Below are positions 1 to 8,979 of a stretch of 32,000 nucleotides of DNA, piece after piece. Positions within the stretch are counted from its first letter, which is position 1. Each line of letters begins with the position of its first letter. A model generated the notes under the pieces. The model had not been told where the DNA came from. It saw nothing but the letters and a program-made list of their open reading frames with translations, and ran no database searches. Source of the stretch: Candidatus Saccharimonadota bacterium (GTDB lineage Bacteria > Pseudomonadota > Gammaproteobacteria > Enterobacterales > Enterobacteriaceae); assembly GCF_964059045.1 (NCBI RefSeq), contig NZ_OZ060402.1, forward strand, positions 574,949-606,948, in the 5' to 3' direction. The position numbers and the translations under genes were made by a program.

Positions 1-929
1 AAATAAAAGAATATTTTCCCTAAAAAATTAATTTTATATTTTGAATTAAATGAAAACAATTAAAATTTAAAAAATAGATTTTTAATTATTTTTTAAAAAA
101 AATTAATCTTTTTTCATATAAAAATTTAATTATAATATATGATAAAAAATTAAAAATATAAACTAATACAAACCATACATAACTTACTTTTATTTTACAA
201 AAATCAAATATATTTATTTAATACACACCCACTAAATTCAATTAATTTTTAAATAAATTGATCATTAATAAATATTTAAACAACAATGCCATTTAAGCCA
301 AGAAAAATTTAATAATATAAATATAATTTTAACTATACAATATGATAGAAATTTTTATTACAAAAAATAGTTATTTGATCTTAATAGTAAGATGTTAATA
401 ATATTACTATCTTAACAGTTATTGAATTAAAAAAAAAAACAAATATTAAATCATAATATACACTTATGTATTAAATTTGATGAATATTAATTTTGTTAAA
501 ATAATAATTTTATTAAAATTTTTGTTAATTTTTCTATTTTTATTAAATATTTTAAAAATTATTTATTTTTGAAAAATATTTATATTTACTCTTCGAAATG
601 ATTGTTTTAAAAAATCTTAAAAAAATTTTATAAAATAACAAACAATTAACTATATTTTAATATATTTATATTATTTTAATTATAAAAATTTAATTGATTA
701 AGACTGTAATAAAAAAAATCTTCAAAAAATAATTACCATAGATTAATTTTTTAAAATATTTAGAAATAATATATAATGTATAAAATATATTTCTAAAAAA
801 AATTATTTGTAAGTTATAAAAAATATATCAATAGTTATTTTAAAAAATAATCAATAAAAATATAAAAATTATATTAATTTAATCATAAATTATCTTTAAT
901 ATTGTTTATCAAATTACAGAAAATAATAA

Positions 930-1475
930 ATGAATATAAATAAACAAAATTTAATATGGATTGATTTAGAAATGACAGGATTAAATCCAGAAAAAGATCG
1001 TATTATTGAAATAGCAACGTTAATCACAGATAATCAATTAAAAATTCTAGATATAGGTCCAGTCATTCCTATTTTTCAACCTTTATCTCAATTAAATAAT
1101 ATGGATAAAAAATTTTATAATATACATAAAAAAAATGGACTAATAGAACTCGTAAAAAATAGTCAATTTCATGAACAAAAAGCAGAATTAAAAACTATAA
1201 AATTTTTAAAAAAATGGGTACCAAAAAATACTTCACCTATTTGCGGAAATACTGTTGCTCAGGATAGAAAATTTCTATACCACTATATGCCAAAATTAGA
1301 ATCATATTTTCATTATAGATATATAGATGTCAGCACAATTAAAGAACTAGCTTATAGATGGAAACCAAAAATATTTAAGTATTTTCATAAAAAAAATAAT
1401 CATTCAGCTTTAAATGATATTTACGAATCTATTTCAGAATTAAAATTTTATAAAAAAAATTTTATAAAAATATAA
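930..1475 (+). CDS. orn: oligoribonuclease
   Basis: This is a 181-aa ORF with an ATG start. [19 protein letters not shown] and [18 protein letters not shown] match E. coli Orn (DEDDh exonuclease, same length) as recalled. tRNA-Gly(GCC) lies downstream, as in the E. coli orn-glyV arrangement. Confidence 0.93.
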   Translation: MNINKQNLIWIDLEMTGLNPEKDRIIEIATLITDNQLKILDIGPVIPIFQPLSQLNNMDKKFYNIHKKNGLIELVKNSQFHEQKAELKTIKFLKKWVPKNTSPICGNTVAQDRKFLYHYMPKLESYFHYRYIDVSTIKELAYRWKPKIFKYFHKKNNHSALNDIYESISELKFYKKNFIKI

Positions 1476-1530
1476 AATTAATACTTGATAAAAATTTTAT
1501 TTTTAGAATATAATATAATTAAAATAAGAT

Positions 1531-1603
1531 GCGGGAATAGCTCAGTTGGTAGAGTACAACCTTGCCAAGGTTGGGGTCACGAGTTCAAATCTCGTTTCCC
1601 GCT
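1531..1603 (+). tRNA. glyV: tRNA-Gly (anticodon GCC)
   Basis: I folded the cloverleaf by hand. The acceptor stem is gcgggaa/ttcccgc, the anticodon stem caacc/ggttg has loop ttGCCaa, and the T-arm is acgag-ttcaaat-ctcgt. It is near-identical to E. coli glyV. The 3' CCA is not encoded; the discriminator t is followed by aaaa. Confidence 0.95.
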
Positions 1604-1720
1604 AAAAATTTTTTTAAAATTTTAAAAATTTAAATTTCCTAAAATAATTTAATATTAAAAAAATAAAATAATTAAATTAAAATATTTTTAAATTATATTA
1701 TTAAAATAATATTTTATAAT

Positions 1721-1779
1721 ATAATTATTGTTGTTGTTAAATATTATCAAATAGAATATTTAACAACAACAATAATTAT
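1721..1779. terminator. perfect 25-bp stem / 9-nt loop hairpin between convergent tRNA-Gly/orn and rpmE (putative bidirectional terminator)
   Basis: ataattattgttgttgttaaatatt (1721-1745) is the exact reverse complement of aatatttaacaacaacaataattat (1755-1779). The hairpin ends 1 nt before the rpmE stop codon. It is AT-only and has no clean U-tract, so terminator function is inferred from position. Confidence 0.55.
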
Positions 1780-1780
1780 T

Positions 1781-1984
1781 TTAAATCATATGAAAACGTT
1801 TATTAAATTTTTCAATTCTTCCACCAGAATCAACTGATCTTTGTTGTCCTGTATAGAATGGATGACAATGAGAACATACATCTAAATTAATATTTTTAGA
1901 AATAGTTGAAAATATTTTTTTAATATGTCCACAAGAACAAGTTGCTGTGATTTCAAAATACTCTGGATGAATGTTTTTTTTCAT
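1781..1984 (-). CDS. rpmE: 50S ribosomal protein L31
   Basis: MKKNIHPEY...CSC....CS.CHPFYTG matches L31. I place the start at the ATG at 1984, which has an aaagga SD 6-8 nt upstream. The track ORF start at 2032 is a TTG inside the upstream palindrome and is rejected. Confidence 0.92.
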   Translation of the reverse strand: MKKNIHPEYFEITATCSCGHIKKIFSTISKNINLDVCSHCHPFYTGQQRSVDSGGRIEKFNKRFHMI

Positions 1985-1992
1985 AATAATCC

Positions 1993-2083
1993 TTTTTAAT
2001 ATAATACAAACATAATTATAATTTACTTTCAAATGATTTGCATTTGAAAGTAAATTATAATTATGTTTGTATTATATTAAAAA
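1993..2083. repeat. perfect inverted repeat, 43-bp arms with 5-nt spacer, abutting the rpmE SD
   Basis: Segment 1993-2035 (tttttaatataatacaaacataattataatttactttcaaatg) is the exact reverse complement of 2041-2083. I verified this base by base. The spacer is atttg. Confidence 0.97.
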
Positions 2084-2539
2084 TAATCAAAATATAAAAT
2101 ATATATAATTATTTAATATATTAAAAAGAAAAAATAAAAATATAGTAAAAAATTCACTAATTCAGTACTATAATAATCAGTATTTATAATAATAAAAATA
2201 AGTTTATTCAAAGAATAATTTTTTATTATGATAATATATCATCTTTTCCTAAAAATATTTCATTGCCATTTTAATTTGATAGATAATAAATCAAGATTTA
2301 AAATAAATATAAAATATTATTTATGAACCATTATCAATGTAAAATTAAAAAATTAATTAGTCAATAATTTTTTTATAATATAAAACTATAAAATCAAATA
2401 ATTTATCAAAATAATAATATTTATTTTAAATAACATTTATTATTATATAAATTAATCATTTTTATTAAATAAATATAATTAATTTTAGTAATTAATTTTT
2501 TTTAACTATATATCATACTGTGAAGAAGATATAAAAACC

Positions 2540-3067
2540 ATGACAACAATCCTTAGTGTTAGAATTAAAAATAAAATAGTCATTGGTGGCGATGGACAAG
2601 CTACTTTAGGCAAGACAGTAATGAAAAGTAATGTTAAAAAAGTACGTAGCCTTTATAATAATAAAATTATTGCAGGATTCGCAGGAGGAACAGCCGATGC
2701 TTTTACTTTGTTTGAATTATTTGAACAAAAATTAGATATGTATCAAGGTCAATTACAAAGATCTGCTATTGAATTAGCTAAAGATTGGAGAACAGACAGA
2801 ATATTACGTAAATTAGAAGCAATACTTGCTGTAGCTGATCGAACATATTCATTAATTATCACAGGAAACGGAGATGTTATTCAACCAGAAGACGATTTGA
2901 TTGCTATAGGATCAGGAGGTCCATATGCACAATCAGCTGCTCGAGCATTATTAAATAATACTCAATTAGATGCTAAAACTATTGTAAAAAAATCTTTAAC
3001 GATTGCTGCAAATATTTGTATATATACAAATCATAATTTTACAATTAAAGAATTATCTTCCGAATAG
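2540..3067 (+). CDS. hslV: ATP-dependent protease subunit HslV
   Basis: This is a 175-aa [11 protein letters not shown]...GGDGQATLG includes the catalytic Thr2, and [10 protein letters not shown] and GSGG are also present. It matches E. coli HslV and lies immediately upstream of hslU. Confidence 0.95.
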   Translation: MTTILSVRIKNKIVIGGDGQATLGKTVMKSNVKKVRSLYNNKIIAGFAGGTADAFTLFELFEQKLDMYQGQLQRSAIELAKDWRTDRILRKLEAILAVADRTYSLIITGNGDVIQPEDDLIAIGSGGPYAQSAARALLNNTQLDAKTIVKKSLTIAANICIYTNHNFTIKELSSE

Positions 3068-3080
3068 TAAGGATGAATCT

Positions 3081-4418
3081 ATGTCTGCAATGACTCCTCA
3101 GGAAATCGTCAAAGAATTAGATAAATTTATCATTGGACAAAATTCTGCTAAACGTGCTGTATCAATAGCACTAAGAAATCGATGGAGAAGAATGCAATTA
3201 AATGATGAATTACGTCATGAAATTACTCCTAAAAATATTTTAATGATTGGTCCGACTGGAGTTGGTAAAACAGAAATTGCTAGAAGATTAGCAAAATTAG
3301 CAAATGCACCTTTTATTAAAGTTGAAGCAACAAAATTTACAGAAGTAGGATATGTAGGGAAAGAAGTAGATTCTATAATTAGAGATTTAACTGATTCTGC
3401 AATAAAAATGATTAGAATGCAAGAAATAAAAAAAAATAACAATAAAGCAGAAGAATTAGCTGAAGAAAGAATTCTCGATGTTCTTGTACCTACTCCAAAA
3501 AACAATTGGGATAAAAATACAAAAAATGAAAAACCATTATCTACTATACAATCATTTCGTAAAAAATTAAGAGAAGGTGATCTTAATGATAAAGAAATTG
3601 AAATCAATGTAGCAGCTATTCCTATGGGAGTAGAAATTATGGCTCCACCTGGAATGGAAGAATTAACAAGTCAATTGCAATCTTTATTTCAAAATTTGAG
3701 CGGAAGAAAACAAAACACAAGAAAATTAAAAATTAAAGATGCAATGAAGCTATTAATTGAAGAAGAATCAGCTAAATTAATAAACCCTGAAGAAATCAAA
3801 AAAAAAGCAATCTATGCTGTAGAACAAAATGGAATCGTATTCATAGATGAAATAGATAAAGTATGTAAAAGAGGCAATAATACTTCAGGAGCAGATATTT
3901 CAAGAGAAGGAGTACAACGTGATTTATTACCATTAGTAGAAGGATGTACAGTATCAACAAAACATGGAATGGTAAAAACTGATCATATTTTATTTATTGC
4001 TTCAGGTGCATTTCAAACTTCTACTCCATCTGATTTGATTCCTGAATTACAGGGTCGTTTACCTATTAGAGTTGAATTAAAAGCTTTAACCATAGATGAT
4101 TTCGAAAGAATCCTCACAGAACCAAATGCTTCGATTACTGTTCAATATAAAGCTTTAATTAAAACAGAAGGAATTACTATTAATTTTACAAAAGAAGGAA
4201 TAAGATCTATAGCAGAAGCTGCTTGGAAAGTCAACGAATCTATGGAAAACATAGGTGCTAGGAGATTACATACTGTACTAGAAAAATTAATGGAAGAAAT
4301 TTCATTTTATGCATCTGACAATAACAGTAAATCTATCATTAATATTAATCCTGAATATGTCAGTCAATATTTAGATGAATTAATATCCAATACTGATCTT
4401 AGTAAATTTATTTTATAA
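3081..4418 (+). CDS. hslU: ATP-dependent protease ATPase subunit HslU
   Basis: [40 protein letters not shown] is near-identical to the E. coli HslU N-terminus. The Walker A motif [15 protein letters not shown] is present. The ATG at 3081 has a taagga SD. The track start at 3003 overlaps hslV and is rejected. Confidence 0.95.
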   Translation: MSAMTPQEIVKELDKFIIGQNSAKRAVSIALRNRWRRMQLNDELRHEITPKNILMIGPTGVGKTEIARRLAKLANAPFIKVEATKFTEVGYVGKEVDSIIRDLTDSAIKMIRMQEIKKNNNKAEELAEERILDVLVPTPKNNWDKNTKNEKPLSTIQSFRKKLREGDLNDKEIEINVAAIPMGVEIMAPPGMEELTSQLQSLFQNLSGRKQNTRKLKIKDAMKLLIEEESAKLINPEEIKKKAIYAVEQNGIVFIDEIDKVCKRGNNTSGADISREGVQRDLLPLVEGCTVSTKHGMVKTDHILFIASGAFQTSTPSDLIPELQGRLPIRVELKALTIDDFERILTEPNASITVQYKALIKTEGITINFTKEGIRSIAEAAWKVNESMENIGARRLHTVLEKLMEEISFYASDNNSKSIININPEYVSQYLDELISNTDLSKFIL

Positions 4419-4447
4419 ATTTTTATATAAAATAATAAATAATTTAT

Positions 4448-4485
4448 AAATCACCTATTTTAAATTAATTTAATATAGGTGATTT
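4448..4485 (+). terminator. hairpin downstream of hslU (putative intrinsic terminator)
   Basis: aaatcacctat (4448-4458) pairs perfectly with ataggtgattt (4475-4485). A T-rich tract, actgatttttg, follows. The hairpin starts 30 nt after the hslU stop. Confidence 0.5.
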
Positions 4486-4723
4486 ACTGATTTTTGTTAT
4501 TAATTTTATATCATTTAAATAATATGTTAAATACTAAATAAAATAAAAAATTAATACAATATTATAAATTTTAAAATTGTATTTTAAAATTTAAATCAAT
4601 GATAAATATGAAATGTATATATTATAAATGCTATTTCAAAATTAATATTATTAAAAAATTTATTTAAAAAATATTTTTATTTTGATAATATATAAAATAC
4701 TTAAAATAAAAATATAAAAAAAT

Positions 4724-5470
4724 ATGAATCAATGGATTACTGGAAAAATAATTAATATTAAAAAATGGAATCAAAATCTATTTAGTATAATAATAAAAGC
4801 ACCAATAAATTCATTTTCAGCAGGTCAATTTGCTAAATTATCTGTAATCAATGATAATAAAAAAATACAAAGAGCTTATTCTTATGTTAATGCACCTAAT
4901 AATTCTAATTTAGAATTTTATATTAACTTAATTCCAAACGGAAAATTTACTAACCATTTGTATCAATTAAAAATTAATCAAAATATTATGATTAACAAAC
5001 ATTCATTCGGTTTTTTTACTATTGATGAAATACAAAATTGCGAAATATTATGGATGATGGCCACTGGTACTGGAATTGGTCCATACTTATCTATTTTACA
5101 AGAAGGAAAATGGATAAATAAATTTAATAAAATTGTCTTAATTTATTCTGTAAGATTAAAAAAAGATTTAAATTATTTAGATTTAATATATAAATTAAAA
5201 AAACAATATAAAAATAAAATTATATTTGTAAGTATTGTAACAAGAGAACAATCAATAAAATCTTTAAAAAATAGAATTCCAATATTAATTAAAAATAATA
5301 CTTTAGAAAAAAAAATAAAACTCAATATCGATCCTAAAACATCTCATGTAATGCTATGTGGTAATCCTGATATGGTAAAAGAAACACAAAAAGTATTGCA
5401 AAACCTTAAAAATATGCAAAAAAACTTAAGAAAATCACCAGGACACATTACTACAGAAAATTATTGGTAA
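4724..5470 (+). CDS. fpr: ferredoxin/flavodoxin-NADP+ reductase
   Basis: This is a 248-aa ORF, the same length as E. coli Fpr. W.TGK...W...LFS....AP...F.AGQF.KL and RAYSYVN.P match the FAD-binding motifs of Fpr. Confidence 0.9.
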   Translation: MNQWITGKIINIKKWNQNLFSIIIKAPINSFSAGQFAKLSVINDNKKIQRAYSYVNAPNNSNLEFYINLIPNGKFTNHLYQLKINQNIMINKHSFGFFTIDEIQNCEILWMMATGTGIGPYLSILQEGKWINKFNKIVLIYSVRLKKDLNYLDLIYKLKKQYKNKIIFVSIVTREQSIKSLKNRIPILIKNNTLEKKIKLNIDPKTSHVMLCGNPDMVKETQKVLQNLKNMQKNLRKSPGHITTENYW

Positions 5471-5525
5471 ATAACAGTATAATCTATAAATTAAATATTA
5501 TTAATTGATATATTAAAAATATATA

Positions 5526-6539
5526 TTATACATATTCTGAATTAATACATGAATCTAATGAAAACGAAATAACATCTCGAATAGAATTTAATTTCAAAAT
5601 AATCATAATTAATCTGTCTAAACCTATTGCTACACCAGAATAATAATTTATTTGATTTGTTAAAGATTCTAAAAATATTGTATCTATTGGTTCAACTGTT
5701 AAATTGTAATTTAAACGTACTGAATTATCTTTTAAAAATCTTTTTTTTTGTATACAAATATCAGTTAATTCATGACAACCATTGCCTAATTCAATTCCTT
5801 TAAAAAAAATTTCAAATCTATCAACTAATCTTGAATCATTAATATTAACAATTGCGTTACTATTCTGAGAAGCAGGATAATGATAGATAATTGTAGGATA
5901 AGATTGGCCTATATTTGGTTCTACACCAAAAACAAATAATATCTCTAATAAAGAACTAATCTCATATTGTCCATGTTTATTTAATAAAACTAAATTTTCA
6001 ACTCCTAGATTTTTTACTTTTTCTAACAATATTGTATGATTAGAGGAAAAAGGATCACAATCTAAATATTTTATAAAAACATCTTGATAAGAAATTTTTT
6101 TTACTGTATCAACATCAAACATAGTTTTTAAAAATAATTCTACTTCATTCATAAGATCATGCATATTATATAAAGGACGATACCATTCTAACATAGTGAA
6201 TTCTGGATGATGATATCGACCAATTTCACCATTTCTAAAACTATGACAAATTTGATATATAGCACCAATATTAGCAGCAATTAAACGTTTCATATAATAT
6301 TCTGGACTAGTATTTAACCAAAATTTTAAACATTTATTTTTTTTTTCTGTTTTTTTAAAATAAGTTTTAAAAGATTCTAAATGTATATCAGTGACTCTAA
6401 ATTTAGATAAAACAGGAGTTTCAATTTCTAATATTCCTAAATTTAAAAAAAAAGATCGAATTTTTGTCATAATTCTAGAACGATTAACTAAATTAGAAAT
6501 TTTTGCTGTCGGTTTCCAATCATATAATTTATTTTCCAT
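5526..6539 (-). CDS. epmA: elongation factor P--(R)-beta-lysine ligase (truncated class II LysRS paralogue)
   Basis: W.P.A.I.NL..R..IM..IR.FF, TSPEYYMKRL, SFRN.E.GRYH.PEFTMLEWYRP and G.A.G.DRL match E. coli EpmA (YjeA/PoxA). The C-terminus is about 10 aa longer than in E. coli. Confidence 0.9.
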   Translation of the reverse strand: MENKLYDWKPTAKISNLVNRSRIMTKIRSFFLNLGILEIETPVLSKFRVTDIHLESFKTYFKKTEKKNKCLKFWLNTSPEYYMKRLIAANIGAIYQICHSFRNGEIGRYHHPEFTMLEWYRPLYNMHDLMNEVELFLKTMFDVDTVKKISYQDVFIKYLDCDPFSSNHTILLEKVKNLGVENLVLLNKHGQYEISSLLEILFVFGVEPNIGQSYPTIIYHYPASQNSNAIVNINDSRLVDRFEIFFKGIELGNGCHELTDICIQKKRFLKDNSVRLNYNLTVEPIDTIFLESLTNQINYYSGVAIGLDRLIMIILKLNSIRDVISFSLDSCINSEYV

Positions 6540-6780
6540 AATAATCCATAAAATTAAAAATTTAACTATAGTATATAAATGCTATACCTATAAATTAAAA
6601 ATAAAAATTGTTCTTAATATTATCTTCAAAAAATATAAAAATGCCTATATTTTATATCTAATAGAAAAAAAATATTTTTTATGTTATATTAAAAAATATT
6701 TCTAAAAATAATATTAAGAATATTAACTAATAATTTAAAATAATAAAAATATTTTATTATTATCAATAAAATTTATATTT

Positions 6781-7272
6781 ATGAATAAAAAAGTTATTTT
6801 TCCAGGAACTTTTGATCCAATTACATATGGACATTTAGATATTATTAAAAGAATTTCTTTAATATTTGATAATATCATAATTGCAATTTATTGTAATTCT
6901 AAAAAAAAAACTATGTTTAATTTAAAAGAACGAATTAAATTAATTCAACATACTACAATAAAATTAAAAAATATAAAAAAAATTTTTGGATTTAATGATC
7001 TAATAACAAATTTAGCAAAAAATGAAAAATCAAGTATATTAATTAGAGGAATTAGATCCATATCTGATTTTGAATATGAAAAAAAAATGGCAATGATAAA
7101 TAAAAATTTAAATCCTAATATAGAAAGTATATTCTTATTTGCATCACAAAATTTATCTTTTATTTCTTCCTCCATGGTCAAAAAAATAGCTATATATGGT
7201 GGTGATTTAAAAAACTACATCCCTAAAAATGTATCAGATGCATTGTATAAAAAAATAAAAAATAATACATAA
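6781..7272 (+). CDS. coaD: phosphopantetheine adenylyltransferase
   Basis: This is a 163-aa ORF. The N-terminus reads PGTFDPITYGHLDII.R (the T/HxGH nucleotidyltransferase motif), and RG.R...DFEYE and SSS.VK are present, as in E. coli CoaD/KdtB. Confidence 0.92.
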   Translation: MNKKVIFPGTFDPITYGHLDIIKRISLIFDNIIIAIYCNSKKKTMFNLKERIKLIQHTTIKLKNIKKIFGFNDLITNLAKNEKSSILIRGIRSISDFEYEKKMAMINKNLNPNIESIFLFASQNLSFISSSMVKKIAIYGGDLKNYIPKNVSDALYKKIKNNT

Positions 7273-7386
7273 AAATATCATTTAAAAATAAATATTAATG
7301 AATTATCATTTACAGTGATAATTAATTAATAAAATATCATTTATTAAAATATAATAATTATTTTTGAAATAAATGATAATTTTAAA

Positions 7387-7429
7387 TATTATTACAGTCT
7401 GAAATTTTTATTTTCAGACTGTAATAATA
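7387..7429. terminator. perfect 18-bp stem / 7-nt loop hairpin between convergent coaD and the orphan ORF
   Basis: tattattacagtctgaaa (7387-7404) is the exact reverse complement of tttcagactgtaataata (7412-7429). It contains the only G/C-bearing core (cagtctg) in an otherwise AT-only spacer. Confidence 0.55.
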
Positions 7430-7477
7430 ATATTTAAAAACAATAAAAATTTTATTTAATAAATTTTAAATTAAAAT

Positions 7478-8557
7478 TTATTTAAAATAATATGAATATT
7501 TTATGTTTGGATTTCTATTAGTTGTTAATAAAATAGATGCTCTTAAACCAAAAGAAATAAATTTCTTTTCATTATTTTTGTTAACAAATTTTAATTTTGC
7601 TGTATGTGTCACACTTAATTTTAATAAACCAGTTTTGGTAGGTTTTAATTCATAAAGAACATTAGTATTTTTTGGTTCATAATGAAAAAATTCAGGCGTT
7701 GATGTTAACATTTTCATGTATGCCGGAGCTAGTAATTCTTGATTAGCGTATGTAGAAATAAGTTGTCTAGTTTCTAATTTAGGAAATGCTAATTTAAATT
7801 GAGTTAACATATCTCTTTTTGTAGGAGCATCAACAACATAACCTTTAATTTTAACAATAGAATCTGGGTAGTCTAATAAAAATTTCTTATCTAATTCAGA
7901 GGTTTCTTTTAAACTTTGAAACTGATTGTATAATTTATGAGAAAATCTCCAGGTATCAGGTGCAGTATTTAACTTAACCATTTTTTTCCAAGTTACATTG
8001 TCTAATTCTGGATTTGAAAAAATAGCATCTGATAAATTTTTTTGATGTGTATTTGTACTTGAATTTAAAAAAAATTTTTTAATATTTATTAAATCTTGTT
8101 CAGCTTGTTTGTTCTTTAAAGTTTGTTCCGGAGAAATGGAAAGACTATGTTGAATTAAAGTATGATTAGAATCATATTTATTTAAATCACCATTTACATC
8201 ATGTTGTGTAATATTTTTTAAAAGAGAACTTAATAATTGTATTCTTTCTTCTAAATTAACTGGTTTATTATTTAAAGAGATATGATGTAATTGATGTGAA
8301 TTAATTTTTTTTGAATGCGGTCCCATAGAATAAGTAATTTGTTCGTTATTTTTAGAATTACGAATTTTAATTACACTATATCTAGAAGAATTTATTTGAT
8401 CATTATTATTATGTTTGATTCTTTGAGATCTATCAGATTTTATATGAATACTCTTATTATTTACCCTTTTGTTGTTCTTTTGTAAACGATCATTAGATCT
8501 ATCACTTTCATTAATACTTATTAATCGGGTGTTGTTATCAAGTAAAATTGATGACAT
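7478..8557 (-). CDS. hypothetical protein, lineage-specific orphan (low-complexity N/S/K/H-rich N-terminal half, globular-looking C-terminal half)
   Basis: This is an uninterrupted 359-codon ORF with an ATG start and an agga SD about 9 nt upstream. It is the only long ORF in the 1.7-kb coaD-rsmJ gap. Every spurious ORF in this AT-rich window is 130 aa or shorter and shadows a real gene. I recognise no family. Confidence 0.7.
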   Translation of the reverse strand: MSSILLDNNTRLISINESDRSNDRLQKNNKRVNNKSIHIKSDRSQRIKHNNNDQINSSRYSVIKIRNSKNNEQITYSMGPHSKKINSHQLHHISLNNKPVNLEERIQLLSSLLKNITQHDVNGDLNKYDSNHTLIQHSLSISPEQTLKNKQAEQDLINIKKFFLNSSTNTHQKNLSDAIFSNPELDNVTWKKMVKLNTAPDTWRFSHKLYNQFQSLKETSELDKKFLLDYPDSIVKIKGYVVDAPTKRDMLTQFKLAFPKLETRQLISTYANQELLAPAYMKMLTSTPEFFHYEPKNTNVLYELKPTKTGLLKLSVTHTAKLKFVNKNNEKKFISFGLRASILLTTNRNPNIKYSYYFK

Positions 8558-8592
8558 AGTTTTATATCCTATGTTAAAATTCTATAATTTCT

Positions 8593-8621
8593 TTTTTACT
8601 TCAATTTGATTTTTTAGTCAA
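8593..8621 (-). promoter_or_regulatory. candidate sigma70 promoter for the orphan ORF (TTGACT-17 nt-TAAAAA)
   Basis: On the minus strand, ttgact (8621..8616), a 17-nt spacer and taaaaa (8598..8593) lie about 35 nt upstream of the ATG at 8557. -10-like hexamers are common in such AT-rich DNA, so support is weak. Confidence 0.25.
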
Positions 8622-8979
8622 GACATGAGAAGCAATATTGAATATAGTATTTTTATATATACAGTTTTTTTTTAGAATATTTTGTAAAAATCACCATCGC
8701 ATGATATTAAAAAGATTAAAAATAAAATTAAACAAACAAAAAAATCAAAAAAAAATTTTATTTAATTAAATAATTATTGTATATTATTCATTTATAATTA
8801 AAAATTATTTTTACAAAAAATATTTTTAAATTATCAATAAATATATCCTTATAAATTAATTTTAAAAATAAAAATGTTTTTATGATTATATTATTAAATT
8901 AATGAAATTTATTTTTTTAAAATAAAAATATTAACAAACATAAAAATTATTCAATCAAGCTAATATTCATGGTCATAGA

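Noticed and set aside
1-929. Replication origin in the long AT-rich spacer
   Set aside because: I saw no DnaA-box-like TTATCCACA/TGTGGATAA sequence, no GATC clusters and no flanking gidA/mioC/dnaA context.
1985-2032. 16-codon N-terminal extension of rpmE in the ORF track
   Set aside because: It starts at a TTG inside the proximal palindrome arm. The conserved L31 N-terminus (MKKNIHPEY) begins at the ATG at 1984, which has its own SD.
2200-2539. Sigma32 heat-shock promoter upstream of hslVU
   Set aside because: Only a weak gccatttt (against CCCCATnT) is present near 2264-2271, with a poor -35 (cttttcc against CTTGAAA). That is too degenerate to call.
3003-3080. 26-codon N-terminal extension of hslU
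   Set aside because: It overlaps the hslV 3' end. The conserved HslU N-terminus starts at the ATG at 3081 with an SD. The extensions of iscU (26255-26299), ilvC (22532-22543), der (30947-30952) and pitA (11480-11530) are rejected for the same reason.
3215-3607. 130-aa ORF on the minus strand
   Set aside because: It lies entirely inside the well-supported hslU gene on the opposite strand. The sequence is low-complexity and hydrophobic, typical of an antisense shadow ORF.
6391-6705. 104-aa ORF on the plus strand
   Set aside because: It overlaps the 5' end of epmA antisense and runs into the AT-rich spacer. It has no SD and its composition is junk (I/K/L/Y/F).
6945-7181. 78-aa ORF on the minus strand
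   Set aside because: It is antisense, inside coaD.
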